Shown piece after piece: positions 32,976-41,762 of a stretch of DNA of 64,000 bases. The stretch comes from Candidatus Binatia bacterium (GTDB taxonomy: Bacteria > Desulfobacterota > Binatia > UBA9968 > CAXXLF01). The position numbers and the translations under genes were made by a program. The stretch is from contig CAXXLF010000002.1 in assembly GCA_963664015.2 (NCBI GenBank), positions 896,001-960,000 on the forward strand. Reading direction: 5' to 3'. Below the pieces are notes generated by a model. That model was not told where the DNA came from, made no database searches, and saw only the letters and a program-made list of their open reading frames with translations. Position 1 is the stretch's first letter. The number at the start of each line of letters is the position of its first letter.

Positions 32976-33629
32976 AGGGCCATTACCTCAGAAAAGCTCA
33001 CATAATCTTTAATCCTGAGCCAATTCTCCTCTATTAATCGAGGTGTTTCTCATTTACAAGTGCCATCGGTCTTCCTTCCAGAGGCAGCAGCAATACCGAA
33101 TAGACTCGACCAATCCCAAACTCCCGTCCTCTTCCTCGATGAATAAGCTGGTAATTCGATAAGTTACCTTACCACCGTCCAGATTGATGAACCCTTCAAA
33201 CGGGCATAACCTTTGCGTTACCATGGGAAAGACTGTGATTGAAAAACTCGCCGTTACTTTTATAATATTATATGAAATATAGGGTTGATTAAGTACCGCC
33301 TGCTTACGTCTGTGCGTAGATAAGGAGAGGGCAGGAAAAACATCACGCGTTGTCATATTAGCACTAGCTTTATGGTTCCTTCTTTCCGCTCTACCACGAC
33401 CCGCCCTGCCTGACCAATACGACGAAAGCCAGTCCCTTTCACCTGCTCGTTAGCAGCACGCGTACAGCGGAATGGTTATTTTGTCACAATGCCTATGCCC
33501 CGCTCTTTAACCCCAGGCCGGTTGTCGATGTAGGGTACTCACGCCAGTATCAGCCTGCATCCGCGAGCCAGAGAGAAGGTTATACCGTGTCTTCGCGTTG
33601 GGCTTCCAGATTCACATCCGGATCCCCAG

Positions 33630-34061
33630 GTGATGATCAAAGAAGTCCCTGTGGTCAGGGCTATTGTCAGAGGGGTCCCCAAGGTCATTGTCAAAGAAGT
33701 TCCTACAATCGTTGAGGTGAAAAAAGTGGTCTTTCCCGATGTGGCCTTTAGGTTCGATTCGGACAAACTAACGCCCCTAGGTAAAGGGAAGGTTTATCTG
33801 GCTGCTCAGATGCTCAGGGACAAGACAGGGGTTGTGGTTGTTATCGAAGGGCACGCGGACCAAGTTGGCACTGAGGAATACAATCTGGCCCTTGGACTAC
33901 GCCGAGCGGAGATCGTAAAGAAAGAGTTGGAGGAGTTAGGTGTTGGGGCGGATACGGTGTCGGTGGTTAGCGTCGGTGAGACCCCGCCGATGATGGATCA
34001 GGAAACGGACTGGGCAGATGCAGTGAACCGCCGTGTTGAACTGAGGTTTGACGCCAACTGA
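33630..34061 (+). CDS. OmpA-family C-terminal domain; 5' part (from ~33330) appears decayed
   Basis: VAFRFD, IEGHAD..G.EEYN..LG.RRA, NRRVE; upstream signal-peptide-like frame is broken by stops. Confidence 0.7.
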   Translation: MMIKEVPVVRAIVRGVPKVIVKEVPTIVEVKKVVFPDVAFRFDSDKLTPLGKGKVYLAAQMLRDKTGVVVVIEGHADQVGTEEYNLALGLRRAEIVKKELEELGVGADTVSVVSVGETPPMMDQETDWADAVNRRVELRFDAN

Positions 34062-34087
34062 TATTACGTTGAATTGAGCAAAAAAAT

Positions 34088-34119
34088 CCAGCCGATAGCA
34101 ACACGGCTGGGCTTCTTTT
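34088..34119 (+). terminator. Intrinsic terminator
   Basis: ccagccg-N9-cggctgg followed by cttctttt. Confidence 0.5.
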
Positions 34120-34247
34120 GTGTTTTCGCCCTGTAGTGTGATCTGCCCGTCGGACAAGTTACTCCACGGGGCAAACCTCAACTCACCCCTTCCGGCCTCT
34201 GGGGTGCCCACTTTGTGATTTCATACCATCGGGGCTAAAACAAACCC

Positions 34248-34859
34248 ATGGGCTATCAACTGAAAGATTCCTATTACTGGCGGGCCAAGAAAGAGGGGTA
34301 CCGTTCCCGGGCTGCCTACAAGCTCCAAGAGCTCAACCAAAGCTATCGCCTCATTGGTACGGGCAACCGAGTCCTCGATCTGGGAGCCGCCCCTGGAGGC
34401 TGGTTACAGGTAGCCTCCAAGCTGGTAGGCCCCAAGGGAAAGGTCCTGGGCGTAGATAACCAACCCATCGCCCTCTTTAAGGAGGAAAATATTTTACTGC
34501 TTCCGGGGGATATCAGCGAGGAAGCAACGCAAGCGAAAATCAGGCAGCAGCTGGGGGGTGCCGCCGACTGCGTACTGTCGGACCTATCTCCCCGACTTAG
34601 CGGCATTCACGATGTAGATATCAGCCGATCCCTCGACCTTGCCCGAACCGCATTTCAGGTTGCCTGCTCCTTAATACGACCAGGGGGGAACTTCGTAGTC
34701 AAAACCTTTATCGGGGAAGAGACCACGTCGTTATTCAAGGAGCTTCAACCTTACTTCGAGTCGGTTCATCGAACGCGTGCGGAGGCCACACGCAAACACT
34801 CCTCCGAGATCTACATGATTGGTAAAGGATTTCGGAAATCCGCCAATAGTCGATCGTAG
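34248..34859 (+). CDS. rlmE: 23S rRNA Um2552 methyltransferase
   Basis: GYRSRAAYKL, DLGAAPGGW, SD, K, SSEIY (K-D-K-E tetrad). Confidence 0.93.
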   Translation: MGYQLKDSYYWRAKKEGYRSRAAYKLQELNQSYRLIGTGNRVLDLGAAPGGWLQVASKLVGPKGKVLGVDNQPIALFKEENILLLPGDISEEATQAKIRQQLGGAADCVLSDLSPRLSGIHDVDISRSLDLARTAFQVACSLIRPGGNFVVKTFIGEETTSLFKELQPYFESVHRTRAEATRKHSSEIYMIGKGFRKSANSRS

Positions 34860-35087
34860 TTCGTCAATCGGCGCTAACAGTCATATTCTTGAACCGTCAC
34901 AGCAAATAGAGTTACGGAAATCCGATTGACGAGTGATGGCTAATCGTCTCAAATTCACTCGACGGTTAATAGAACTGCGAGATTTCGTGGTTGGTCGTTA
35001 GAAGAATTAAACTCAACAACCCTTGTATTTCTTACGGACACATTCACGGGCAAAGTTAATTACCTCGCTTCCCAAATGTTGGTTCGA

Positions 35088-35678
35088 TTATTGAGATGCA
35101 CTTTTTTTAATTAAACGCTCAACTGCAGCAACATGTTTCTGAATATAGGTTTCCGGGAACTTCATAATTTGCGATGAAGGTTGAAGTCTATATGGGTCAA
35201 TATCCGCTTTCACTTGAAATCCACCAACACTTCTTTTCTTCAAGAATCCATGTTCAAGAGGAATTCCTGCATTATGTTGCCTTATCCATCGACCCCAGTT
35301 TTTAATCGACTTGACTTTAAGTGCCTGCCCTTCGTCTGAACGCACCGCCCATTGTGTTGGTTCTGACACCAACGCATTCTGACTATACTGAAAAAAAATC
35401 CATATATAGTCTTTTATTTCGCCACTTTTTCGGATGGAAGTTTGCAGTCTGTATTTAGTGTTTAGGTGTATGAAAGCACAAGTCCATGCTGGACAACCAG
35501 ACTCTCCATTATTGAAATTCGGACTGAGCACTTGGAAACGGCACGAACTAAATTTGTCGCAAATGTGAGTTGTGACTTTAGTAGATATCGTGCGACTTGG
35601 GCTGATGTTTTGCGTCGCTGTTGTTGCCTGACACCCCACCAACAGGGTCAGGACAGGAAGGATGAGCAGTCGGTTCAT
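35088..35678 (-). CDS. Hypothetical lipoprotein
   Basis: MNR..LLVGC lipobox. Confidence 0.65.
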   Translation of the reverse strand: MNRLLILPVLTLLVGCQATTATQNISPSRTISTKVTTHICDKFSSCRFQVLSPNFNNGESGCPAWTCAFIHLNTKYRLQTSIRKSGEIKDYIWIFFQYSQNALVSEPTQWAVRSDEGQALKVKSIKNWGRWIRQHNAGIPLEHGFLKKRSVGGFQVKADIDPYRLQPSSQIMKFPETYIQKHVAAVERLIKKSASQ

Positions 35679-35715
35679 CGGGGAAGTCTGACAGAAAATG
35701 TCTGGGATGGGAAGA

Positions 35716-35893
35716 TCAAACTTGGTTGATGAGAGTTCTATCTACCAACCGTAAACCAAAGTTGGAAGGTTTCGGTGCATATTTTTTGCTCAACCGTTCA
35801 TCCCTTACTCTCTTTTTCTTAATTATCGAATGAACGTGAGAACTCCTAATACTCCTCCCTCTAACGGTGGAATAACCATTCTCATTCAACCAG
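35716..35893 (-). pseudogene. C-terminal fragment of a recombinase-type HTH protein, paralogous to 42389-42769
   Basis: WLNENGYSTVRGRS.RSSHVHSIIKKKRVRDERL..KY aligns with HLNELGVRTHKGSEWRTQYVYSVIKRYRERQERL..KY. Confidence 0.65.
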
Positions 35894-35894
35894 A

Positions 35895-36140
35895 TTGAAG
35901 GGGATTGGTCCCAAGAGAATCTGTACCCACAAGAACATTTACCTACGAGCAACAGATCTCAAAAATGATGGAGAGAGATTGATGGTTCCCGTGAATTCTA
36001 AGGGCAAATCTCTTTATCCGATTGTGGTGAAACAACAGCGGGATGGCGGCATCCACCACCTATTGGAAGTGATAAAGGGAAGTTTTGGTTCTGTACCCCA
36101 AGACAGAGGGTTCAGAATGCGAAATTATATGAATTTGTGA
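35895..36140 (+). pseudogene. C-terminal fragment paralogous to 39818-40780
   Basis: KGIGPK.ICTHKNIYLRATD.K.DGERL.VP and GGIHHLL.V.KGSFGSVPQ.RGF are shared. Confidence 0.85.
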
Positions 36141-36177
36141 TAGAGTAAAAAATATTTAGTGGATAAGGGTTTCTATT

Positions 36178-37026
36178 ATGGAAAAAACACTTACTGCGAT
36201 TGTACTTTCCTTAACCTTATTAGTCTTTGGTTGTGACAGGTCTTCAGTATACCCCGATGCAGTTGTTGAGCGGCAGGGGATAACATATCTTATCAACTCA
36301 AAGACACCTTTCAGCGGAGAAATAGTGACCTTATATCCAGGGTTGGACTCGGACGCCAAACTTGGTCAAACACTTTCCAGAATTCAATATGAAGATGGCA
36401 AAAGGAACGGGGAAGCAGTTTATTTTCACGGAAACGGACAGTTAGAGGCAGAAGGAGACTACAGGAACGGGGGGCAAAACGGTCCTTGGCTCAGTTACCA
36501 CAAAAACGGACAGTTAGGGGCAGAAGGAGACTACAGGAACGGGGAGCGAAACGGTCCTTGGCTCAGTTACCATAACAGCGGAGGGGTATATAGAAAATTA
36601 ACCTACCAGAACGGGAAGGCAAACGGTCCTTACGTCGAGTATAATGAAAACGGACAGGTATTTGCAAAAGGAACCTACCAGAACGGGAGGGTAAAGGGTC
36701 CTTACGCTGAGTATCATGAAAACGGTCAGTTACATTTCAAAGGAACCTATTTGTATCAGGGGAGTTGGGACGGTCTTTATGTCGAATATCGCAAAGACGG
36801 ACAGTTAGTTGAAAAATCAACCTACCAGAGTGGCCAGTACGGCCAGCATGGAGCCGGGGAGCGAAACGGCCCTTACGTTAAGTACACGTACCACGATAAC
36901 GGAAAGTTAAGCACCAAAAGAGAAGGTGTCTACGATTCATTGCAAAGGTGTTTTAACGGTTCTTACGTCAGGTATGACAAAACCGGAAAACTATTTGAAA
37001 AAGGAACTTACAATTGTGAGCGGTAG
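36178..37026 (+). CDS. MORN-variant (YwqK-like) repeat lipoprotein
   Basis: LVFGC lipobox, TPFSG, repeated YH.NGQL..EG.Y.NG..NGP; near-exact 72-bp duplication at 36432/36504. Confidence 0.85.
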   Translation: MEKTLTAIVLSLTLLVFGCDRSSVYPDAVVERQGITYLINSKTPFSGEIVTLYPGLDSDAKLGQTLSRIQYEDGKRNGEAVYFHGNGQLEAEGDYRNGGQNGPWLSYHKNGQLGAEGDYRNGERNGPWLSYHNSGGVYRKLTYQNGKANGPYVEYNENGQVFAKGTYQNGRVKGPYAEYHENGQLHFKGTYLYQGSWDGLYVEYRKDGQLVEKSTYQSGQYGQHGAGERNGPYVKYTYHDNGKLSTKREGVYDSLQRCFNGSYVRYDKTGKLFEKGTYNCER

Positions 37027-37131
37027 CGAGTCCTACACCAACATAGGTAATGGCACAGTTGGACAGGTAGCTAACGAGTTCAGAAGACGATTTATCGGTT
37101 ACGATATTCAAATGTATTAGGTGTCAGAGGT

Positions 37132-37316
37132 GTGTTCCGAAAGTCCCTCTAAAATCTAGATTCGAGAATGGGAGGAATCCGGGATTCTTGGATAGCCGAT
37201 ATCACCTCAAATCAGGTGTTCCAAAGGAAATACTTGAGAACACCCTTCTGAGAGATTACCAAACCACCGATTTCCAACGATTTTGAGCGGTGATTTCAGA
37301 GGGACTTTCGGAACAC
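37132..37316. repeat. 185-bp non-coding element with 25-bp terminal inverted repeats
   Basis: gtgttccgaaagtccctctaaaatc ... gatttcagagggactttcggaacac (19 bp perfect, 24 of 25 overall). Confidence 0.8.
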
Positions 37317-37361
37317 CTGTTCCCAATTAAACAATCAATCTGGTGCCCTTTACTCTGGGTC

Positions 37362-37565
37362 CTAGTCGTCTACTATTTTTTGATTGGCATCATCTTGTAG
37401 CAATTGTCCATGAGTTGACGCTGTAATTACCAACCAAAGCATGAGATACAACCACCACGCAATAGAAAACAAATCAAGGTATACTTCAAGCAAAAACCAA
37501 ATGATGAGTGTGCCTGCCGCACCTAGGCCAAGAGCCAAAAAAGTTCTTTTTTCGTTGTTGCCCAT
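37362..37565 (-). CDS. Small 2-TM membrane protein
   Basis: AGGAG RBS; two hydrophobic helices. Confidence 0.65.
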   Translation of the reverse strand: MGNNEKRTFLALGLGAAGTLIIWFLLEVYLDLFSIAWWLYLMLWLVITASTHGQLLQDDANQKIVDD

Positions 37566-37603
37566 GATTCACTCCTAATCCCATAGAATACGTCCTTAAA
37601 TCC

Positions 37604-37894
37604 CTAACATGTTGAGGAACGAAGTTCCAGACTTTTCGGGGTCAGCGATAGTGAAAGAAATGGGGCAGCAGATCGATTGATAAACCGACGATAGTTAATC
37701 TCTTCGGGGGTGGGTTTGTGTCCTGAGTTCACGACCTGTGAATATGCGGCCGTCATATTGGGAATCGTATCGATACGGGTAGAGGATTTATCTATCAAGT
37801 CCTTGTTGGATCGATCACGGTAAGCATCCTGCTTGCCCACATCCTCTTGATCCTGCAATGCCTTCATTCGGAGGTAATCGTGGATCACAGGCAT
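37604..37894 (-). CDS. Hypothetical protein, probably a fragment
   Basis: ORF only. Confidence 0.3.
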   Translation of the reverse strand: MPVIHDYLRMKALQDQEDVGKQDAYRDRSNKDLIDKSSTRIDTIPNMTAAYSQVVNSGHKPTPEEINYRRFINRSAAPFLSLSLTPKSLELRSSTC

Positions 37895-37945
37895 CAGTGG
37901 GTCACCATCTGATTAACATTCCTGAGATCAACATGGAACCGTGAG

Positions 37946-38140
37946 ATGTTGGTGGAACGCACCAAATCTGGACTCGCACGAACTGTTGCGAATGGAACCA
38001 AGTTGGGTAGGAAATCCGTTCTGACACCATCCATGAAGAAACGAATTTTCGATGCCAGGGAAGAAGGAAACTCCCTAACTAAAATCGCATCAGATGTTGG
38101 TTTAGGACTCGCTACTGTTCACAAGTGTCTCAACGCCTAA
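37946..38140 (+). pseudogene. Serine resolvase/invertase remnant (helix E, hinge and HTH_7)
   Basis: ERTKSGLART..G.KLGRK..IA..VGLG.ATV.K; catalytic N-terminal domain missing. Confidence 0.8.
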
Positions 38141-38179
38141 TTATTGAACGATTCAGTCTTTTTATGCTCTTTTCGACCT

Positions 38180-38348
38180 TCACTTACTCGAACTTTTCAC
38201 TCCGTTTTCGTAAATTTCTTCCCCCAACAACTCTCCGTTTTCACGGTAATAATACGCAGCACCGTGTTTCACCCCGTCTTTGTAGTTTATTTTCATATTT
38301 AACTGTCCATTCTCGTGATACCGAAGACTTTCTCCCTTCCTTAACGCC
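38180..38348 (-). pseudogene. Orphan start-less MORN-variant C-terminal cassette
   Basis: Hand translation GVKEG/ESLRYHENGQLNMKINYKDGVKHGAAYYYRENGELLGEEIYENGVKSSSK*. Confidence 0.7.
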
Positions 38349-38438
38349 CACCAGTACCCTGACTTCGGATTCTGTCGAGCGCCTCCTGCATTTCCTTATC
38401 TAATATTTTAAATCCTGTATCACGCCGTTCTTTCTCTT

Positions 38439-39755
38439 CTAGTTTTTCTCTTGTAACTCATTTTCTGTTGTTGTGGTGATGGTTACATTCGGAGATATCT
38501 CACGTAGAAGTTTTTGGGCAGGTTTATATCCTTGTTGGTTAGAAAGTACGTACAACTCTTTCGCTATTTTAGTATCCTGTGGAACCCCTAGTCCTTTGTG
38601 ATACATAAAACCCAAATTGTACTGACCACGCATATTCCCTTTTTCCGCCGAAAGGACAAACCATTTCACCGCGGTTTTATAGTCCTTTGGAATCCCTTGT
38701 CCGGTTTTGTACATCGTACCCAGATTGTTCTGGGCATTGGCATTCCCCTGTTCGGCAGCAAGTCTGTACCACTTCACTGCTGTCTTATAGTTCTGTGAAA
38801 CACCGTCTCCGTGTTCGTACATAACACCCAGATTGTTCTGGGCATTGGCATTCCCCTGTTCGGCAGCAAGTCTGTACCACTTCACTGCTGTCTTATAGTT
38901 CTGTGAAACACCGTCTCCGTGTTCGTACATAACACCCAGATTGTACTGGGCACGGGCATCCCCCTGTTCGGCGGCAAGGGTGAACCATTTCACCGCGGTT
39001 TTATAATCCTTTGGAATCCCTTGTCCTCTGGCGTACATCAAACCCAGATTGTACTGGGCATCGGTATCTCCCTGTTCGGCGGCAAGGGTGAACCATTTCA
39101 CCGCGGTTTTATAATCCTCTGGAATCCCTTGTCCTCTGGCGTACATCATACCCAGATTGAACTGGGCACTGACTCCCCCCGTTTCGGCAATTAGTCCCCA
39201 TTCACGCCGAGCGGTTGCGTAGTCACCACTCTGGTGTGCGGTTAGACCCTTTTGGAAATCACCGGGCAATTTCCCGTTCTTGTAAGTTCCTACCCTTGCT
39301 GGAGATGGTAAACCATGACCATAGTGTGCCATCATTAGGTCAGTAGCGTGCGGTTCAGTTGCTGTCCAAACAGTCCCGTTACTGTTGTAAGCGACCCAAA
39401 CACCCTCTTCCTTCCCATTCTTGTAGGTTCTTTTTTCAAATAACTGTCCGTTATCATGGTAATACACCCAAGGACCGTCTTTCACGCCGTCCCTGTAACT
39501 TCCTTCTGCCTTTAACTGGTCGTTTACATGAAATTCAACTGCTTTCCCGTTCTTTTTGCCATTTTCATATGAAACTCTGGACATTGTATCACCAAGGACT
39601 TTGCGTACTATGTCTCCGCTAAAAGGCGTCGTTGAGTTGATTCGATACGTTACCCCATGCCGCTCAACAACGTCGCTGGGGGATACTGAAGACTCGCCAC
39701 AACCAAAGACCAATAAGGTTAAGGAAAGTAAAATCGCAGTAAGTGTCTTTTTCAT
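38439..39755 (-). CDS. MORN-variant plus SEL1-repeat lipoprotein
   Basis: LVFGC lipobox; MORN units; six AQ.NLG.MY..G.G SEL1 units; exact 108-bp duplication at 38721/38829. Confidence 0.9.
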   Translation of the reverse strand: MKKTLTAILLSLTLLVFGCGESSVSPSDVVERHGVTYRINSTTPFSGDIVRKVLGDTMSRVSYENGKKNGKAVEFHVNDQLKAEGSYRDGVKDGPWVYYHDNGQLFEKRTYKNGKEEGVWVAYNSNGTVWTATEPHATDLMMAHYGHGLPSPARVGTYKNGKLPGDFQKGLTAHQSGDYATARREWGLIAETGGVSAQFNLGMMYARGQGIPEDYKTAVKWFTLAAEQGDTDAQYNLGLMYARGQGIPKDYKTAVKWFTLAAEQGDARAQYNLGVMYEHGDGVSQNYKTAVKWYRLAAEQGNANAQNNLGVMYEHGDGVSQNYKTAVKWYRLAAEQGNANAQNNLGTMYKTGQGIPKDYKTAVKWFVLSAEKGNMRGQYNLGFMYHKGLGVPQDTKIAKELYVLSNQQGYKPAQKLLREISPNVTITTTTENELQEKN

Positions 39756-39817
39756 AATAGAAAACCTCATCCACTGAAGATGTTTTAACTTTTTCACAAA
39801 GTTATATAATTTCATAG

Positions 39818-40780
39818 TCAAAATCCTCTGTTTTGAGGAACAGAACCAAAGGAACCCTTCATTACGTCCAGTAGATGGTGGATACCCCCAATCTTTTGTT
39901 GCTTCACCAGATTGGAATACTGAACCTTATTTCCCCATGTCGGAACCTTCAATCTCTCTCCATCAGTTTTGGAATCTGTTGCTCGTAGGTAGATGTTTTT
40001 GTGGGTGCAGATTTCCTTGGGACCAATTCCCTTCAATGTCATCACCAGTGCATTGTATCGGTTCTGGAGGACATCAGGACGAGGATAACCATCTATCGGG
40101 AACCTTGGACTGCCCTCTGGTGACATCCCATCCTTAATCGTCTGAATGAAGGTATCCACGTCTGGACGCCGTGAGGTTTTGTCAATTCGGACATAGACGA
40201 AGTTGGGATCGTCAACCCATTCGTCTTTTGAGGTTATGCGTGTTGGGTAATGTCCCTCGAACAGGTGTGCATGGGTGCTCCACCATGTGTTGAAGGTGTC
40301 AGATAGAACCTGATCTAAGTCCCATCCCTGATATTCGCTCTCATCGACACGAACCAGAACGGTATCTCGTTGTCGAAATCGTCTTGTGCCTACCGTTTCA
40401 CCGTAACGTTTTCCACCACCCAAACTGGAATCAAAATTTCCATGACGAGTGACAAGTTCGACACTCTTACCTAGTGACTGCAATTCCAGTGCAAGTTTGA
40501 GGAATCGGAACCAGTGTCGATATATCTGGACACCCTTATCCAGAACCCTACCTTCCAAATTTCTCGCTGAGACTGTCCTATGTCGAGAGTCCCCACCTTC
40601 ACCACCCGCATAAACCGCTGAAGGACGCTTGCTACGTCTGGATAGGGGTTCTTGTGCAACCTCTATAGATTTCTCCAATTCCACCTTCTCAATAGGACTT
40701 CCATCCACGATCACATAATACGACCTGTCCTTGTGGTGAGGTTTCACGTTCCTCTCTGCAATTATCCTTCCTTTACCCAT
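39818..40780 (-). CDS. Uncharacterised island protein, possible regulator
   Basis: YRHWFRFLKLALE, YQGW, FNTWW..LF, KGSF; GAGG RBS; second partial copy in the island. Confidence 0.7.
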   Translation of the reverse strand: MGKGRIIAERNVKPHHKDRSYYVIVDGSPIEKVELEKSIEVAQEPLSRRSKRPSAVYAGGEGGDSRHRTVSARNLEGRVLDKGVQIYRHWFRFLKLALELQSLGKSVELVTRHGNFDSSLGGGKRYGETVGTRRFRQRDTVLVRVDESEYQGWDLDQVLSDTFNTWWSTHAHLFEGHYPTRITSKDEWVDDPNFVYVRIDKTSRRPDVDTFIQTIKDGMSPEGSPRFPIDGYPRPDVLQNRYNALVMTLKGIGPKEICTHKNIYLRATDSKTDGERLKVPTWGNKVQYSNLVKQQKIGGIHHLLDVMKGSFGSVPQNRGF

Positions 40781-40918
40781 TTTCGCCCTCAAATTCGGTT
40801 TTCGGAAAAGGGTGGTGAAATCGGGGTTCTGAAACCCTTGTTTTCTGCACCTTTCAAACCCCCATTTCCGTTTTCGAAAATCATTCGATTTCCGAAAGTC
40901 TCTTATACAGAGAATTGA

Positions 40919-41020
40919 GGGATATGGATACCGTAAACGATAATCCGCCCATCCTGACTATTCCTGTTGGGACAGGTATAATAGGTACAGAAATTGGGAG
41001 AAACAGATTCCCAATAGAAA
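40919..41020 (+). promoter_or_regulatory. Promoter/operator/stem-loop cassette, copy 1
   Basis: CTGACT-17-TATAAT (40977-40982); CCTGT-N4-ACAGG in the spacer; attggga..tcccaat hairpin. Confidence 0.75.
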
Positions 41021-41039
41021 CAGAAGAAGAGGGTGTTGC

Positions 41040-41612
41040 GTGATGAATTACGAATTTATCCGTTATGGGATGAAAACCACACTTAAACCGTTTGTGAAAT
41101 CGTGGGGTATTAAGGAACTGCTATCCGTTCCTATTAGGAAAACGGGTTTAACGGGTTCCTTGCCTTATGGAAGGTGTCACCACAACGTCAGTTTTCTCCA
41201 AGAACGATATGGTGGAGAAACGGTGTTGGGGTTTGCGATATTAGAGGAAGACACATTCTTTTGGTGTATTCCCCATTCTGTGTGGAAGACACCAGAAGGG
41301 AAATATGTAGATGTGACCTTAAAGATGACAATCGAAACTGATGAGACTGAATATGTGAGGTTTGCACCCCTCGTTTGGTATGACGCAACTAGGGTTGGGT
41401 GGACTCTTAGACACGAGTTTCGGATCTACAAAGACCTGCACAAAGGAATTGAATGGAAACTCGATAATGGACCTTATGAGATGTTTACAAGGAAATCATT
41501 TAAGGGAAAAGACATGACAGGTTTAGTGTTCAAGAGAGACTATCCTTGTACCGAAACTGACAGTTGGGTGGATTACCTTCTGAAATTGGAAAAAGTAGTG
41601 GAAAACCTATGA
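41040..41612 (+). CDS. Hypothetical protein with candidate Cys-His-Asp triad
   Basis: GRCHHNV..YGGE.V.G..HSVWKTPEGKYVDVT. Confidence 0.65.
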   Translation: MMNYEFIRYGMKTTLKPFVKSWGIKELLSVPIRKTGLTGSLPYGRCHHNVSFLQERYGGETVLGFAILEEDTFFWCIPHSVWKTPEGKYVDVTLKMTIETDETEYVRFAPLVWYDATRVGWTLRHEFRIYKDLHKGIEWKLDNGPYEMFTRKSFKGKDMTGLVFKRDYPCTETDSWVDYLLKLEKVVENL

Positions 41613-41619
41613 CCCGATC

Positions 41620-41719
41620 GGGATATGGATGACGTAACCAGTAAGTTGCCCATCATGCCTATTCCTGTTGAGACAGGTATAATGGGCACAGAGATTGGGA
41701 AACGGTTTCCCAATCGAAA
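41620..41719 (+). promoter_or_regulatory. Promoter/operator/stem-loop cassette, copy 2
   Basis: ATGCCT-17-TATAAT (41678-41683); same palindrome; gattgggaaa-cgg-tttcccaatc hairpin. Confidence 0.75.
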
Positions 41720-41762
41720 ACGGGGGTTTTTCGTCCCCTGCTCAGATAGAAGGAGAAACAAA

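Larger units (their letters stand above)
35894..40037. repeat. Diverged ~430-bp inverted repeat (35894-36326 and 39607-40037)
   Basis: Manual alignment across the upstream-gene 3' end, the spacer and the lipoprotein 5' end. Confidence 0.85.

Noticed and set aside
35716-35952. 78-aa ORF as an intact gene
   Set aside because: Its N-terminus is the antisense of the neighbouring fragment, joined at the 35893/35894 rearrangement junction
36178-39755. Diversity-generating retroelement
   Set aside because: No reverse transcriptase; differences between repeats are not adenine-specific
41625-41762. N-terminal extension of the 138-aa ORF
   Set aside because: Overlaps the promoter cassette; a better RBS and ATG lie at 41763
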